DNA of 32,000 bases from Mycobacterium leprae TN (lineage in GTDB: Bacteria > Actinomycetota > Actinomycetes > Mycobacteriales > Mycobacteriaceae). The stretch lies in assembly GCF_000195855.1 (NCBI RefSeq), contig NC_002677.1, positions 1,170,001-1,202,000 on the forward strand, given 5' to 3'. The position numbers and the translations under genes are program-made. How positions within the stretch are numbered: position 1 is the first letter of the stretch; each line of letters begins with the position of its first letter. Below the pieces are notes generated by a model, which saw only the letters and a program-made list of their open reading frames with translations, made no database searches and was not told the origin of the DNA. Positions 1-10,499 of the stretch are shown here, in pieces.

Positions 1-1605
1 CGACCTACTCGGGGCTTTTCACTGCCGAGATTGCGTGTGAGGAAGTTGCCGACCAAGAGATGTGGGCCCGCAACGCGGACGTGATGACGAAATAGAAGGA
101 CGACATACAGGCTTGAGGTCTTCAAGGGAATGGGGGAGAAAACGCCGACTGTGCCGGTGCTGCTGGAGCACTCGCATGCGGCACTGAGTTCGTCGTGGGA
201 CGTCGACCAGTTCATTCTGCCTGTGCCAACCGACACCGAATTTGTCGCAGGTCATTGCCAGCGGTTCCACAATGACCACAACATATCTGTACTTTATCAC
301 GACCACCCAGACGACCGTGGAAGGCGAGTTTGAACTACTAGTTCGGGGATTCGACGTGCATGGCGCGATTAGCCGCGTTCAAGCGGTGTTGTTGGAGGCC
401 ACGCATCAGGCCATCCTGGCAAGTGTGTGGTATACTGCTAACTTTCGCGACGGATAAGGTTCGGCACCATGCGAGCAGTTCGTCAGTGATTTGGACCGCA
501 GCTTCCAGATGATTTATTGAGCAGGTCAATGCCCACGGCCAAAATGTGCAACGCGCCAGCTCCTTAATGGCTGACACTGATCGTTCTGTCAATTCCCTCC
601 GGGGCCTACCCCTATAAACCGTCTGGTACGTAATTCTAGAGTGCATTGACGAGTTAGTAGAATGCTTCGCTGTGGTGGTAATGAGCGGTAGTGGTGTCAG
701 TGGCCATGTAAATGTCACCACTGGTGGCCAAGAAAAGTCCCTACCTCGACACGGGTGATTGGCTAACTCGGTTTGGCAACTCTACTTCTCGTGGTCGGTG
801 TGGCGTATCCGGTAGTACTCACCAGAAGTGACTAAGTAAGTTTTATAGTGGTGTAGTGTAGTAGGTGGTCGAGCATGCTGGTGGTGTGTTCGGGCAGGAA
901 CCGTCCCCAAATATGCCCGAAGGGCCGATGTGAGGCGATCGGCTATGAGTGACGGCTGTAACCGGTGGCTAACAAGCGAAAAAGTAGTTGGGTGCCGGTG
1001 CCATCGAGTAGGGCGAAGCTGATTTAATTGAGAGTCACGACGTCGGAGCGAAGCAGCGTGTCGATGATTTTTGTCTATGATGTTGTTGGCCAGCCCCGCG
1101 GTAGAGAGCTTCAATAAGGTTGACTACGGTGAAGTAGCGGACCGTGAACCCAGTTGACTTATATAGTGTATAGTGGCGTGTCCGCGGCTGATCAGTAGTT
1201 GACTCTTCCCTGTGCCGGTAGTGATGGTGACAAAGTGTAACAGTTGCGTGCGGCCCTGCCGCGTGAAGAGCGGGTTGTTGCAGAGATGCATCGGTTGTTT
1301 AAGCGATGGAACGGGGCGTTACTATCTAGTGGTGTCGCTGCCGGATGGGTTCACTAGGCACCATACGCGCGGATACGACAGATGTCTTTGGTGGCGGAGG
1401 GCGCGGTGTGGGTGTTGGTCGTGACCGATTTGAGGAAGCTGCACCGCCTGGCGCAGCGGCTTTTCGAGTCACGCGTTGCGTGACTATGTTGATAAAGGAA
1501 TAAGTAGATTCACCTCGTTCCGGATCCTGCCCACGATCACAAGAGCGGTGAATCACTTGCGCGTATTGTAGTCATAGTGAGCCTATGCTAACTTTTGTTG
1601 CTTCT

Positions 1606-1848
1606 GTTCGATAACGCCGACTGGTATCAACTGCTGGACTTGTGCGCGATCACCGATACGCTAATCGTGGGCGGGGTTTATCATCTGGCTGATTTCAACA
1701 ATAATCAACTGGTGCTGGGGCTTAAAAGGCACCATTTCTGAGGTCGAATTGCACCTGATCAAAGGCTGTCTTACTGCGGGGTTGAAACACAAGGCAGCCA
1801 AAGGCGAACCGTCTGGTTTCGGGGCCTCGACCAACACTTCCTCACCGC
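1606..1848 (+). pseudogene. Remnant of a large serine recombinase (recombinase family protein)
   Basis: Plus-strand reading gives 'DNADWYQLLDLCAITDTLIVGGVYHLADFNNNQLVLGLK', then after a 1-nt shift near 1725-1730 'GTISEVELHLIKGCLTAGLKHKAAKGE'. This matches the well-known recombinase motif '..ADWYQLL.LC..TDTLI..DGVY....FNDRL.LGLKGT.SEAELH....RL.GG...KA.RGE'. No full ORF remains. Confidence 0.72.
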
Positions 1849-2897
1849 GGTAAGGCCCCTAACTTAAGCAGCATGTCCAGTTCAGACGCCAGGCGGATGT
1901 TGCTGATGGCAGCGGTACCCATTAGGAACTGCTCGGCTTCTTCGCCTGGACAGTAGGATTGTTTCTCTACAACATTATTTAGGTCTGGGTCCGACTTCGT
2001 GGGCGTCAGCCTGGGTCCGTCGTAGTGCCATTGACAATGGAGGGCTCCTCGAGGCTGCGCAGTTCATGCTCAGTCACGATCACCTTGGTGAAAGGTTCGA
2101 GGATCGTCCAGGGTGCCATGGTTGACCACGACCGCAACGGTAGTGTCCACCAGGCGCGTGGGCACTGATGTAGTGGAGCTTGGAACCGGCCCGGTTCAGG
2201 GTTCGTTGGCGGCGATGACGTCGATTCTGGATTCTAGGTGTGCAGTCCTAGATATGTATTTGGTGGGTTCGGTTAGGTCGAGCGCAGCCATTTAGTCGGG
2301 CACGTCGACCTCCCAGTAGCTTGAGGCTGTGTCGACGAAGATGATGTCGACGTCGGATTATAGAGTGGTCGGTGAGATGGCCAATACATACCGCATGGTG
2401 ACATGGTTGGGTTGCCGAGGCCGGCCGCTCAGCAGCCGGGGACTGCGACCCCGAGCCCGATCATCGAACTATCATGGCTAACGTTAGTGTCGGCACATGC
2501 TTCTCATTTAGGGGAAAGTTGTGTGGAAGACGGGGCTGAGCAGCAAGCCGGTGACCACAACGTTGGTGAGCGCCCAGGTAACTCTGGAAATACCCACTTT
2601 AACTACGTTGTTTCTTTGTTCGGCATCCATAGGGCGGTAAAATCGAGCTCGATAATCCCAATATGGTGTGGCTTGCTGCGCTATCGGCTTCGACACCGGT
2701 ATGGGACAGCACCATTTCGACATCGACTCGGTATCTGTTATTGTAATATTTTTGATTTAACTTCGCAAGTATCGTTTGCTGGAGCAAAGTTATCTGGGCT
2801 CCGCGATAATACGGGCTGTACTGGGTGAACCCGCTCGTTGGGCAGGGTACGGGCATGACCACAGGATCGGGCATGTCCTTTAGCTGGAAGACACTTA

Positions 2898-4982
2898 GTG
2901 AACGAGCAGAGAGGTCGAGTGAGCAAGCGGGTAAGGAGGGCGCTGGCCAACACGGCGACCACAGCGGTGGTTACTGTGTTGTTGGCGCCTGTTGTGACTG
3001 CATCTCCCACCGGTGACGCCGACGATGCTATTACGGCCGCGTGGCACAAGGCCGGTGGTGACAATTCGGTGCTTGGCGCCAAGAAGGGCGAGGTATATCC
3101 TCTTGGTGACGGTTTCGCACAGAACTTTGCGTCCGGTAAACTATTCTTCACTACGGCTACCGGCGCCAAGTTGCTATATGGGCCAGTACTAGGTAAATAC
3201 GAGTCACTCGGCGGTCCGGTCAACAGCGATCTGGGATTCCCAATCATCGACGAAGTTCCCGGTCTAGCTGGACCCGACAGCCGAGTTAGTATATTCGCTG
3301 CCAGCGACAACCCGGTGATTTTTTGGACGCCCGACCACGGCGCGTTTGTTGTGCGTGGTGCGCTCAATGCGGCGTGGGACAAACTCGGCAGTTCAGCCGG
3401 CGTCCTCGGTGTCCCGGTCGCAGATGAAAGCTTCGACGGTGAGGTTATCTCCCAGAAGTTTAGTGGTGGCGCAGTCTTTTGGAACAAGAAAAGCAGCGAG
3501 TTCACCACCGAGCCAACGGCACTAGCCGAGCAGCTAACAGGATTGCTGGTAGCAACCGATCCCACCACGGCCATCAGCATGGCCTGGCGTGCGGCCGGCG
3601 GCGTTTCGGGTCCGCTAGGCCCCAAGCAGGGCGGGCAGCATCCCATCGGTGCTGACGGAATTATTCAGGACTTTGCTGGTGGCAAGGTATTTTTCAGCAA
3701 AGCCACCGGTGCTAATGCGGTCGAGAATGACATTCTGGCTAAGTATGAGTCTCTAGGCGGTCCGGTCGGCAGCGACTTGGGTTTCCCCGCCGCCAACGAG
3801 GGAGACGGGGGCATCGTTACCTCCAGCCGGATCGCCATTTTCTCCGCAGCCGATAAGCCGGTGATTTTTTGGACACCCGACCACGGCGCGTTTGTCGTGC
3901 GCGGAGCGATGAAGGCGGCGTGGGACAAACTCAAAGGTCCCAACGGCAAACTCGGCGTGCCGGTAGCAGACCAATCGGTGGATGGTAATGTGATCTCGCA
4001 GAGATTTATCGGTGGCAAGATCTCATGGAACCGCGCTAATAACACCTTCACTGCCGATCCGGCGAACTTAGCGTCGTTGTTGTCTGGTCTGCAGGTGTCC
4101 GAGCAGAGCCAACCGAGTGAGTTGGCGATGCTATTCCACGCCAAGAAATCCACCGGGCATTGGTGGTGGTTGGTGGCTGCGGTTGCTGTGCTGTTAGTGA
4201 TCGTGATGTTCGTCTTGCTAGCACTCGGGTGGCGTCGGCGTCGCACCGCTCACGATATCGTTGCTGACTCCCATGACCACGATATGGACGTTGGCATGGA
4301 CTTTGGCTACAAGGCCGCAGTTGATGGGCAGTGTACCTACGACGCCGAGTCTGGTACCGAGCATCCGGTGCGTGATGTCGAACGCGGACCGACGGTCAGT
4401 TGGTTGCGTGGAGCACAGGACGCTACCGGCCTGGCTCAGGATGCTAGGCTTGGCCCGGCGTTCGGCAGCGAATTGCCGTCCGAGTCCGAGGAGCCTTTAG
4501 GCCTTGAAGAGGATGATCCCGACGCGGTGGATACGGATTCTATGCCGGCTCTGTCTGATGCTGACTTTCCATATGCTGCTTTGTCGGATGCAGCACACTG
4601 GGATGCCGATGCTGCGGAGGTCGTCGCCACTGACAACAGTAGTGTCGCCACTGACAACAGTAGTTTGTTGGAAACTGCTGCTGACACTGAGGTAAGCACG
4701 GGTCGACACGCAGCCGTTGATATGGCAGATGCGATGGATGCGTCCTTCCCGGGCGTCACTGTGCCGAGGATGCTGTTCCGGCCAAGCCCGACTCTCCGGC
4801 CGACGATCCACCTGCCGTTGGATGACCCTTATCAGGTACCCGACGGTTATCCTATTAAAGCTAGTCCGCGCTTCGGTCTGTACTATACCCCGGCGAGCGA
4901 ATTATACCATGACACGCTCGCTGAAGTCTGGCTAGCCAATGAAGAAATCGCCCAGGTCAACGGCTTTATTAAGGCCGACTGA
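2898..4982 (+). CDS. LGFP-repeat, alanine/glycine-rich membrane protein with acidic C-terminal tail (Rv2721c-like)
   Basis: Intact 694-aa ORF. N-terminal signal/TM-like segment, repeated 'AAW.K.GG..G.LG.P...G....Q.F.GG..F' LGFP modules, TM helix 'WWWLVAAVAVLLVIVMFVLLALGW', acidic tail. Lies next to lexA as in M. tuberculosis. Confidence 0.88.
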   Translation: MNEQRGRVSKRVRRALANTATTAVVTVLLAPVVTASPTGDADDAITAAWHKAGGDNSVLGAKKGEVYPLGDGFAQNFASGKLFFTTATGAKLLYGPVLGKYESLGGPVNSDLGFPIIDEVPGLAGPDSRVSIFAASDNPVIFWTPDHGAFVVRGALNAAWDKLGSSAGVLGVPVADESFDGEVISQKFSGGAVFWNKKSSEFTTEPTALAEQLTGLLVATDPTTAISMAWRAAGGVSGPLGPKQGGQHPIGADGIIQDFAGGKVFFSKATGANAVENDILAKYESLGGPVGSDLGFPAANEGDGGIVTSSRIAIFSAADKPVIFWTPDHGAFVVRGAMKAAWDKLKGPNGKLGVPVADQSVDGNVISQRFIGGKISWNRANNTFTADPANLASLLSGLQVSEQSQPSELAMLFHAKKSTGHWWWLVAAVAVLLVIVMFVLLALGWRRRRTAHDIVADSHDHDMDVGMDFGYKAAVDGQCTYDAESGTEHPVRDVERGPTVSWLRGAQDATGLAQDARLGPAFGSELPSESEEPLGLEEDDPDAVDTDSMPALSDADFPYAALSDAAHWDADAAEVVATDNSSVATDNSSLLETAADTEVSTGRHAAVDMADAMDASFPGVTVPRMLFRPSPTLRPTIHLPLDDPYQVPDGYPIKASPRFGLYYTPASELYHDTLAEVWLANEEIAQVNGFIKAD
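4623..4664 (+). repeat. Perfect 21-bp tandem duplication (x2), in frame
   Basis: gtcgccactgacaacagtagt occurs twice in succession, encoding VATDNSS-VATDNSS in the LGFP-protein tail. Confidence 0.95.
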
Positions 4983-5020
4983 CGATGGTCCGGTCGACTA
5001 CGCACAAGACTTTTCGGGGG

Positions 5021-5728
5021 TTATATCTTGCGGATTACTGTCACGACTTTGCCAAGCACCGTTGCATCGTTGCCGGGAATGGGATCGAACGCTGGATTGT
5101 GCGGTATCAGCCACACCTGACCGCCTGCGCGTTTGAACGTCTTCACGGTGGCCTCACCGTCAATCATGGCTGCGACGATATCGCCGTTGTCGGCGACTTT
5201 TTGTTGCCGTACGACCACCCAGTCACCGTCGCAGATCGCGGCTTCGACCATCGAGTCGCCGGTCACCTTGAGTAAAAAGAGCGTACCCTCGCCGACCAGT
5301 TCACGGGGCAGCGGAAAGATGTCCTCGACAGTTCCTTCGGCGAAGATCGGACTACCGGCCGCGATGCGTCCGAGGATCGGGACAAAGGTGGGCTCCGGTA
5401 AGACGTCTGAGCCAGCGACTTCGGTGAGTACAGCGGGGCCGGCTGCCTGAGTCTCTTCGACGCCGCGGACATTGACAGCTCGCGGGCGATTCGGGTCACG
5501 GCGCAAGTAGCCCTTGCGTTCAAGGGTGCGCAGCTGGTGAGCCACCGAGGATGTCGACGTCAGACCGACAGCATCGGCGATTTCCCGGATGCTGGGTGGG
5601 TATCCGCGGCTGGTTACCGAGGCCCGGATGACGTTCAGGATGGTGCGTTGCCGCTCGGTGAGCCCTGAATCCATAGAATGCAAGCGGCCGTCGACGGTGA
5701 TGCCTGATATGTCGGTGCTGTCGCTCAT
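5021..5728 (-). CDS. lexA: LexA repressor (SOS response)
   Basis: 235-aa ORF with wHTH '[62 protein letters not shown]', cleavage/peptidase region '[11 protein letters not shown]', '[18 protein letters not shown]', catalytic K in 'ATVKTFKR'. Confidence 0.98.
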
Positions 5729-5760
5729 GCCACTGAATGTAGTCCGATGTCAGTGGAGAA

Positions 5761-5776
5761 TCAAACATGTGTTCGA
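5761..5776 (-). promoter_or_regulatory. LexA/SOS box upstream of lexA
   Basis: Reverse strand reads TCGAACACATGTTTGA, one mismatch from the mycobacterial SOS consensus TCGAAC-N4-GTTCGA, 33 bp upstream of the lexA start. Confidence 0.85.
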
Positions 5777-5944
5777 CAAATGTGTTGCGGGAGCGGGATC
5801 GTCCGCCAGCCTAGAAGACCGTATTGCGGCGGATAGGTATTGGATTCCCTGCCGCAGCTTGGGGCAAGTGGGCAAAGTCTAAATGTCGGTGGTCTGAGCT
5901 AGCGTGCATACACGCCCGACACGCTTCGATCGAATGTTCGTATA

Positions 5945-5960
5945 TCGAACATATGATCGA
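5945..5960 (+). promoter_or_regulatory. SOS box upstream of the LysM protein gene
   Basis: TCGAACATATGATCGA, one mismatch from TCGAAC-N4-GTTCGA, just upstream of the Rv2719c-like ORF in the divergent intergenic region with lexA. Confidence 0.75.
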
Positions 5961-5986
5961 TTAATGTCGAACGCACGAGCGAGAAA

Positions 5987-6502
5987 TTGTTGATCGGAGG
6001 AACGCACATGCTAGTCATCTACGCAGTACCGCCGCTTATCGGGAATGTCCGGCACCCGATGAGCCGACCGATTCTTGGACCTCGTTGTGGCAGCGGTGAG
6101 TCGGCTGGATCTCGCAGGCCGGCTCCGTCGCGGTCAGCGAGTGCGCCGATGCGCTACTCCGGCGCTAGTGTCGCGATGTTGGTCGCCCCACATCGTGGGC
6201 GTACCGTTTCACTCGCGAAAACGATCGGGCTGGCCTTGCTCGCCGGGATGATCACCTTGTGGCTCGGTTTAATGGCCGACGTCAGCCAGGTGATCGATGG
6301 CGACGCCACCGGTTTTGTCACTCACGTGCCAAACAGGCTAGCCGTGGTGCGGGTTGAAGCCGGAGAGTCGCTTCAGGACGTGGCTGCCCGGGTAGCACCC
6401 GACGCACCAGTTCGCCAAGTGAGCGAGCGCATTCGTGAACTTAACGTCCTGGACTCGTCGATGCTCGTCGCGGGCCAGACCCTGATCGCTCCGGTTGGCT
6501 GA
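5987..6502 (+). CDS. LysM-domain membrane protein, Rv2719c-like (SOS-linked cell division inhibitor/cell wall hydrolase); start uncertain, may be downstream
   Basis: TM '[18 protein letters not shown]' followed by LysM-like '[55 protein letters not shown]'. Divergent from lexA with an SOS box upstream. Confidence 0.85.
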   Translation: MLIGGTHMLVIYAVPPLIGNVRHPMSRPILGPRCGSGESAGSRRPAPSRSASAPMRYSGASVAMLVAPHRGRTVSLAKTIGLALLAGMITLWLGLMADVSQVIDGDATGFVTHVPNRLAVVRVEAGESLQDVAARVAPDAPVRQVSERIRELNVLDSSMLVAGQTLIAPVG

Positions 6503-6663
6503 CGGCTTCTTGGTGTATTGCGGAAACCGCCCAAAGGCAAAGCTACCCGGTGTTTGTGGCGATGAACGCGCATGTGTGGCGGCAGTATTCGTTGGTTGGG
6601 GCAGTGACAGGTATTCTCGGAACGTCTGCGATACCTTGACATCAGCCCGGCAAAGGAGCGGTC

Positions 6664-7128
6664 ATGCATTGCCCGTTCTGCAGGCATTCCGATTCCAGGG
6701 TGATTGATTCGCGAGAAACTGATGAAGGCCAAGCGATTCGACGCCGTCGGTCGTGCCCAGAGTGCGGGCGGCGGTTCACCACCGTAGAAACTGCTGTGGT
6801 GGCCGTCGTGAAGCGCAGCGGTGTTACGGAGCCCTTCAGCCGGGGGAAGGTCATTCGCGGCGTCCGTCGGGCTTGTCAGGGTCGCCAAGTAGATGACGAC
6901 GCGCTGAACCTCTTGGCCCAGCAGGTGGAAGACACCGTTCGTGCTGCGGGGTTGCCAGAGGTCCCAAGTCACGAGGTTGGCCTGGCGATCCTTGGGCCGT
7001 TACGCGAACTCGACGAAGTGGCTTATTTGCGTTTCGCGTCGGTATACCGATCCTTTTCGTCGGCCGACGACTTCGAGCGCGAGATTGAGGCGCTTCGCGC
7101 ACACCGCAGAGTATCCACTTCACGCTGA
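6664..7128 (+). CDS. nrdR: Transcriptional repressor NrdR
   Basis: 154 aa. '[76 protein letters not shown]' is the Zn ribbon plus ATP-cone of NrdR. Confidence 0.97.
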
Positions 7129-7169
7129 CGGATTGCAGTGGATGGCTCGGTTCCCATTAGGCTGACTGC

Positions 7170-7655
7170 ATGCCTTCCGATCTGTGCCCTGATCTTCAGG
7201 CACTGGCACCGCTGCTTGGTTCGTGGGTCGGTCGAGGCATGGGAAAGTACCCGACGATCCAGCCGTTCGAATACCTCGAGGAAGTTGTGTTTTCCCATCT
7301 GGATAGACCCTTCCTGACTTATACGCAGAAGACCAGGGCAATAACCGACGGGAAGCCGTTGCATGCTGAGACAGGCTACCTTCGTGTGCCGCAACCGGGT
7401 CACATCGAACTAGTTCTCGCCCATCACAGCGATATTGCGGAAATCGAAGTGGGTACATATTCGGTGACCGGCGATCTCATCGAAGTTGAGTTGGTCACAA
7501 CAACGATCGGGTTGGTTCCGACCGCCAAACAGGTGACTGCGCTTGGTCGTTTTTTCCGCATCGATGGCGACGAATTTGCATATTCGGTGCAGATGGGCGC
7601 AGTGGGGCAACCCCTGCAGGATCACCTCGTCGCCGTGTTGCACCGAAAGCAATGA
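7170..7655 (+). CDS. Nitrobindin-like heme-binding protein (THAP4/FABP-like domain, Rv2717c-like)
   Basis: 'LAPLLGSWVGRGMGKYPTIQPFEYLEEVVFSHLDRPFLTYTQKTRA.....LHAETGYLRV' with 'GTYSVTGDLIEVE', diagnostic of the nitrobindin family. Confidence 0.9.
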   Translation: MPSDLCPDLQALAPLLGSWVGRGMGKYPTIQPFEYLEEVVFSHLDRPFLTYTQKTRAITDGKPLHAETGYLRVPQPGHIELVLAHHSDIAEIEVGTYSVTGDLIEVELVTTTIGLVPTAKQVTALGRFFRIDGDEFAYSVQMGAVGQPLQDHLVAVLHRKQ

Positions 7656-7699
7656 ACTCTCGCTGGTCGGCTGGGTTCGCTGCGCCGGCCGCGATCAGT

Positions 7700-8410
7700 C
7701 CAGGCATATCACATCGTTTTTATGACTTGGCCTGCTACCTGAGCTCAGTCCTCGGGACTCCAAGGTGGTTGTGATCAGAGATCTCTTGCCCTGGGTGATT
7801 AGTCAGATCGTGGCTGAGGTAGTCGAGTCGATAATCTGCATCGCCACCGAGCCCGTCTTTTCGTTTTCCGGTACGCCTAGGTGGGCGGCAAACATTCGCG
7901 CACGCAGCTATCGGGCTTGACCGATCGCCCCAGGCCCACAGGTAGTGTGTAATGTCGTCGGGAAAATCGGCGGGGTTGGCGGAGCCAAGGGGACCGAGCG
8001 AGTCGAAGTTGTGGATGGTGAATTCGGGAGCTCATTCCGCACGTGCCCTGATCCTGGTACGGTGGCTTGGTGCACCGGTACTTTCGTTTCACCTGCGCGA
8101 TGCTAGCCGGGATCTGCAGAGTGTTGATTGGCATACCGTTGGCACGCAGCTAACATGACCGACGCTCCGACTGCTTGGGTGACTGGCCAACTGGAGTTCG
8201 GTTCCGCAGTGTGGATGGACGTGTGCACGGTAGTCGAGTCGGCGGTGGGCAGGTCGACAAATATCGTTTCATTATAGCCCAATTGGGTGCCAGGTGTTCC
8301 CGATCCCCGGTTTGTACTTGCCTAACGTCAACTACATCGAGTGGATTCCTGGAATTTACATCTGCATCGGTGAAAACCCGCAATACCGTAATGTTCGATA
8401 CCCACGGCTC
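7700..8410 (-). pseudogene. PhzF-family protein pseudogene (Rv2716-like)
   Basis: Minus-strand fragments in different frames: 'NITVLRVFTDADVNSRNPLDVVDVRQV....REHLA', 'INTLQIPASIAQV', 'ITQGKRSLITTTLESRG'. Interrupted by stops and frameshifts. Confidence 0.75.
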
Positions 8411-8434
8411 GACTTTACGGTCCTGCACGACGAG

Positions 8435-9491
8435 CGTGCGGCTGGGTTGCTCAGGCAGCGCTGCGTTTGTCGGAAGCTATGGTGTTTAGCACCGCAACGT
8501 GGGTTTTGGCCGAGCTGGTCACGGTTCGCTTGCCGCCGCCGGTGCGGAGCAATTCACGCAGAGCGGCCTGATTCTATTCGGCAGGCTCGGTGGCGTCGAG
8601 GAAGCGCTGAACAACGTCGGTGAAATGGCGCGGGTTGTCGTTAAACGGGCAATGGCTAGCTCCTTCAAAGATCTTCAGTAGGGAACTAGGCATCGCGCTG
8701 TGTGTCATCCAAGCGTGACGGATTGGTACCATACACATCATGTGCACTCCAACTTAATTATCTGCATTGGGATGGCCTGGGTCAAATAATATCGATCAAG
8801 CATGGTTACGATCTAGCCGCGCCAATTGACCACTGCCTGCGTGGTGCGGCCGAACGCTGATGAGGCCGTCGGTTCTTGTAGATCAGCTAAAATCTGCAGC
8901 ACATTTGGTAGCTCGCGACCCAAGCCGGTCGTTTGATCGCCATGCCCAACACCGGCTGGCTAGCTGCACCGCCGATAGCATCAGGGTAGCCGCAGAAATG
9001 CTAGAGTTTCGCTGCCCATCGGCAACAATGCACACCGGAAGACGAAGGGGACATCTTTGGTCGACGCCGTGGGTGGGGAGACCGGGATGAGCTTGTTGAC
9101 CACCTGAGGTAATTGGTAGGCGAACTGCATCGGCCACACCGCTGCCGAGTGAATAGACCCACTAGGGTTGTTCGATTGATGCTAAGTACGCTAAACAGCC
9201 TACTCATCTTGTTTCTTGTTGGTGTATGCCACGACGGAGTAGTCGGAGCATGGCTTATCGGACTGGCAGTGGCCCAGATAGATTTTCGGCAATGACCGTG
9301 AACTGCTGGGCGAGCTTGGCGTGCACGGTAGTCCAGCGAGTGGAATTGTTGCTGATGCCGTGGATCAGCAGTATCGTCGGACTAGAACCGGCGATGCGGT
9401 AGGCTCGCTTGTAAACGTGGATCATGCGGAAACGCAACGGCAGTGTAGTGACTTTTCGCACCGTGCGAAGATTGCTTTTTCGCACGGTCAT
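8435..9491 (-). pseudogene. Alpha/beta hydrolase pseudogene (Rv2715-like)
   Basis: N-terminal fragment 'MTVRKSNLRTVRKVTTLPLRFRMIHVYKRAYRIAGSSPTILLIHGISNNSTRWTTVHAKLAQQFTVIAENL' (9255-9491). C-terminal fragment near 8.5-8.7 kb 'EGASHCPFNDNPRHFTDVVQRFLDATEPAE'. Confidence 0.85.
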
Positions 9492-9518
9492 GTCGCCAAT
9501 CTGATCTGATCAGGGCGT

Positions 9519-10499
9519 TCAGGTCAGGTCGTCGTCGCGCTTCTTCTCTGCTTGCTGAGCGAGGAACCGCTCAAACTCTGCTCCAAGTTCGTCGCCGCTA
9601 GGCAGGTCTTCGTCGCGTCTCAGAAGTGACCTGTTCTCCTGAGCGTCGATGAACGCATCATACTGGCGCTCAAGAGCTGCTACCACTTGAGCGACTTCGG
9701 TGCTTGCCTGCACTTGCTCGTCGATTTTGGCTCGGATTTCTGCCGCTGCTTCGGCTAGTGCCGATAGCGGAAGCTGCAGTGCACCCGTCTTGGCCACTTG
9801 CTCGAGTAGTGCCTGGGCGGCCGCTGGGTAGTCAGTCTGGGTCAGATAGTGTGGCACGTGCACGGTGAACCCGACAACCTCATGACCATGCTGGCCCATT
9901 CGGTATTCCAGCAAGTTGGACGCACTACCAGGGACTTGGATTTCGGTGATCCAAGGTGTGAAATCGGCGATCAGCTCCCCGTTGTTGGAGTGCGCGGTCA
10001 GTGTGATTGGCCGTGTGTGTGGAACCGCCATCGGGACAGTGCCTAGGCTGATGGTCTGTCGAACCCCCAAGCGCTCGGCCAGCAGGCGCACTGCAGTGAT
10101 GAAACGCTCCCATTTCAGATCCGGTTCCATACCGGCCAGCAGTAAAAACGGTGTCCCGACGCTGTCACGCAACGCGTACAAGCTGAGCTCCGGATCGTCG
10201 TAATGGGTGAAGTGATCGGTCTTGAACGTCATCAGCGGTCGCCGCGAGCGGTAATCGAGCAATTCGTCGATCGCGAAAGAGGCGACCAGCTCGGTGTTCA
10301 AGGCAGCTTTCAGGTGGGTAGCGGCGAGCCGGATTGCGTGACCGGCGTCGGAAAAGCCTTCCAAAGCATGTATCAACACCGGACCGCGGCCATCGGACGC
10401 CAGCAACTGTGGCGCCGGGAACTCAAGCACGTACATGCCGGGCTGCCCTGGCTGGTAGTGCTGCTCGTCATCTGGGTCTTGATAGTGGGAGTGGGACAT
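9519..10499 (-). CDS. PAC2-family protein (Rv2714-like)
   Basis: Intact 326-aa ORF. 'PVLIHALEGFSDAGHAIRLAATHLKAALNTELVASFAIDELLDYRSRRPLMTFKTDHFTHYDDPELSLYALRDSVGTPFLLLAGMEPDLKWERF' is typical of PAC2. Confidence 0.93.
   Translation of the reverse strand: MSHSHYQDPDDEQHYQPGQPGMYVLEFPAPQLLASDGRGPVLIHALEGFSDAGHAIRLAATHLKAALNTELVASFAIDELLDYRSRRPLMTFKTDHFTHYDDPELSLYALRDSVGTPFLLLAGMEPDLKWERFITAVRLLAERLGVRQTISLGTVPMAVPHTRPITLTAHSNNGELIADFTPWITEIQVPGSASNLLEYRMGQHGHEVVGFTVHVPHYLTQTDYPAAAQALLEQVAKTGALQLPLSALAEAAAEIRAKIDEQVQASTEVAQVVAALERQYDAFIDAQENRSLLRRDEDLPSGDELGAEFERFLAQQAEKKRDDDLT

Noticed and set aside
2403-2828. 141-aa plus-strand ORF
   Set aside because: No recognisable domain, sits in decayed sequence and shows no codon-usage or motif support.
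2738-3646. 302-aa minus-strand ORF
   Set aside because: Antisense to the LGFP-repeat protein; its repeated peptides merely reflect the coding-strand repeats.
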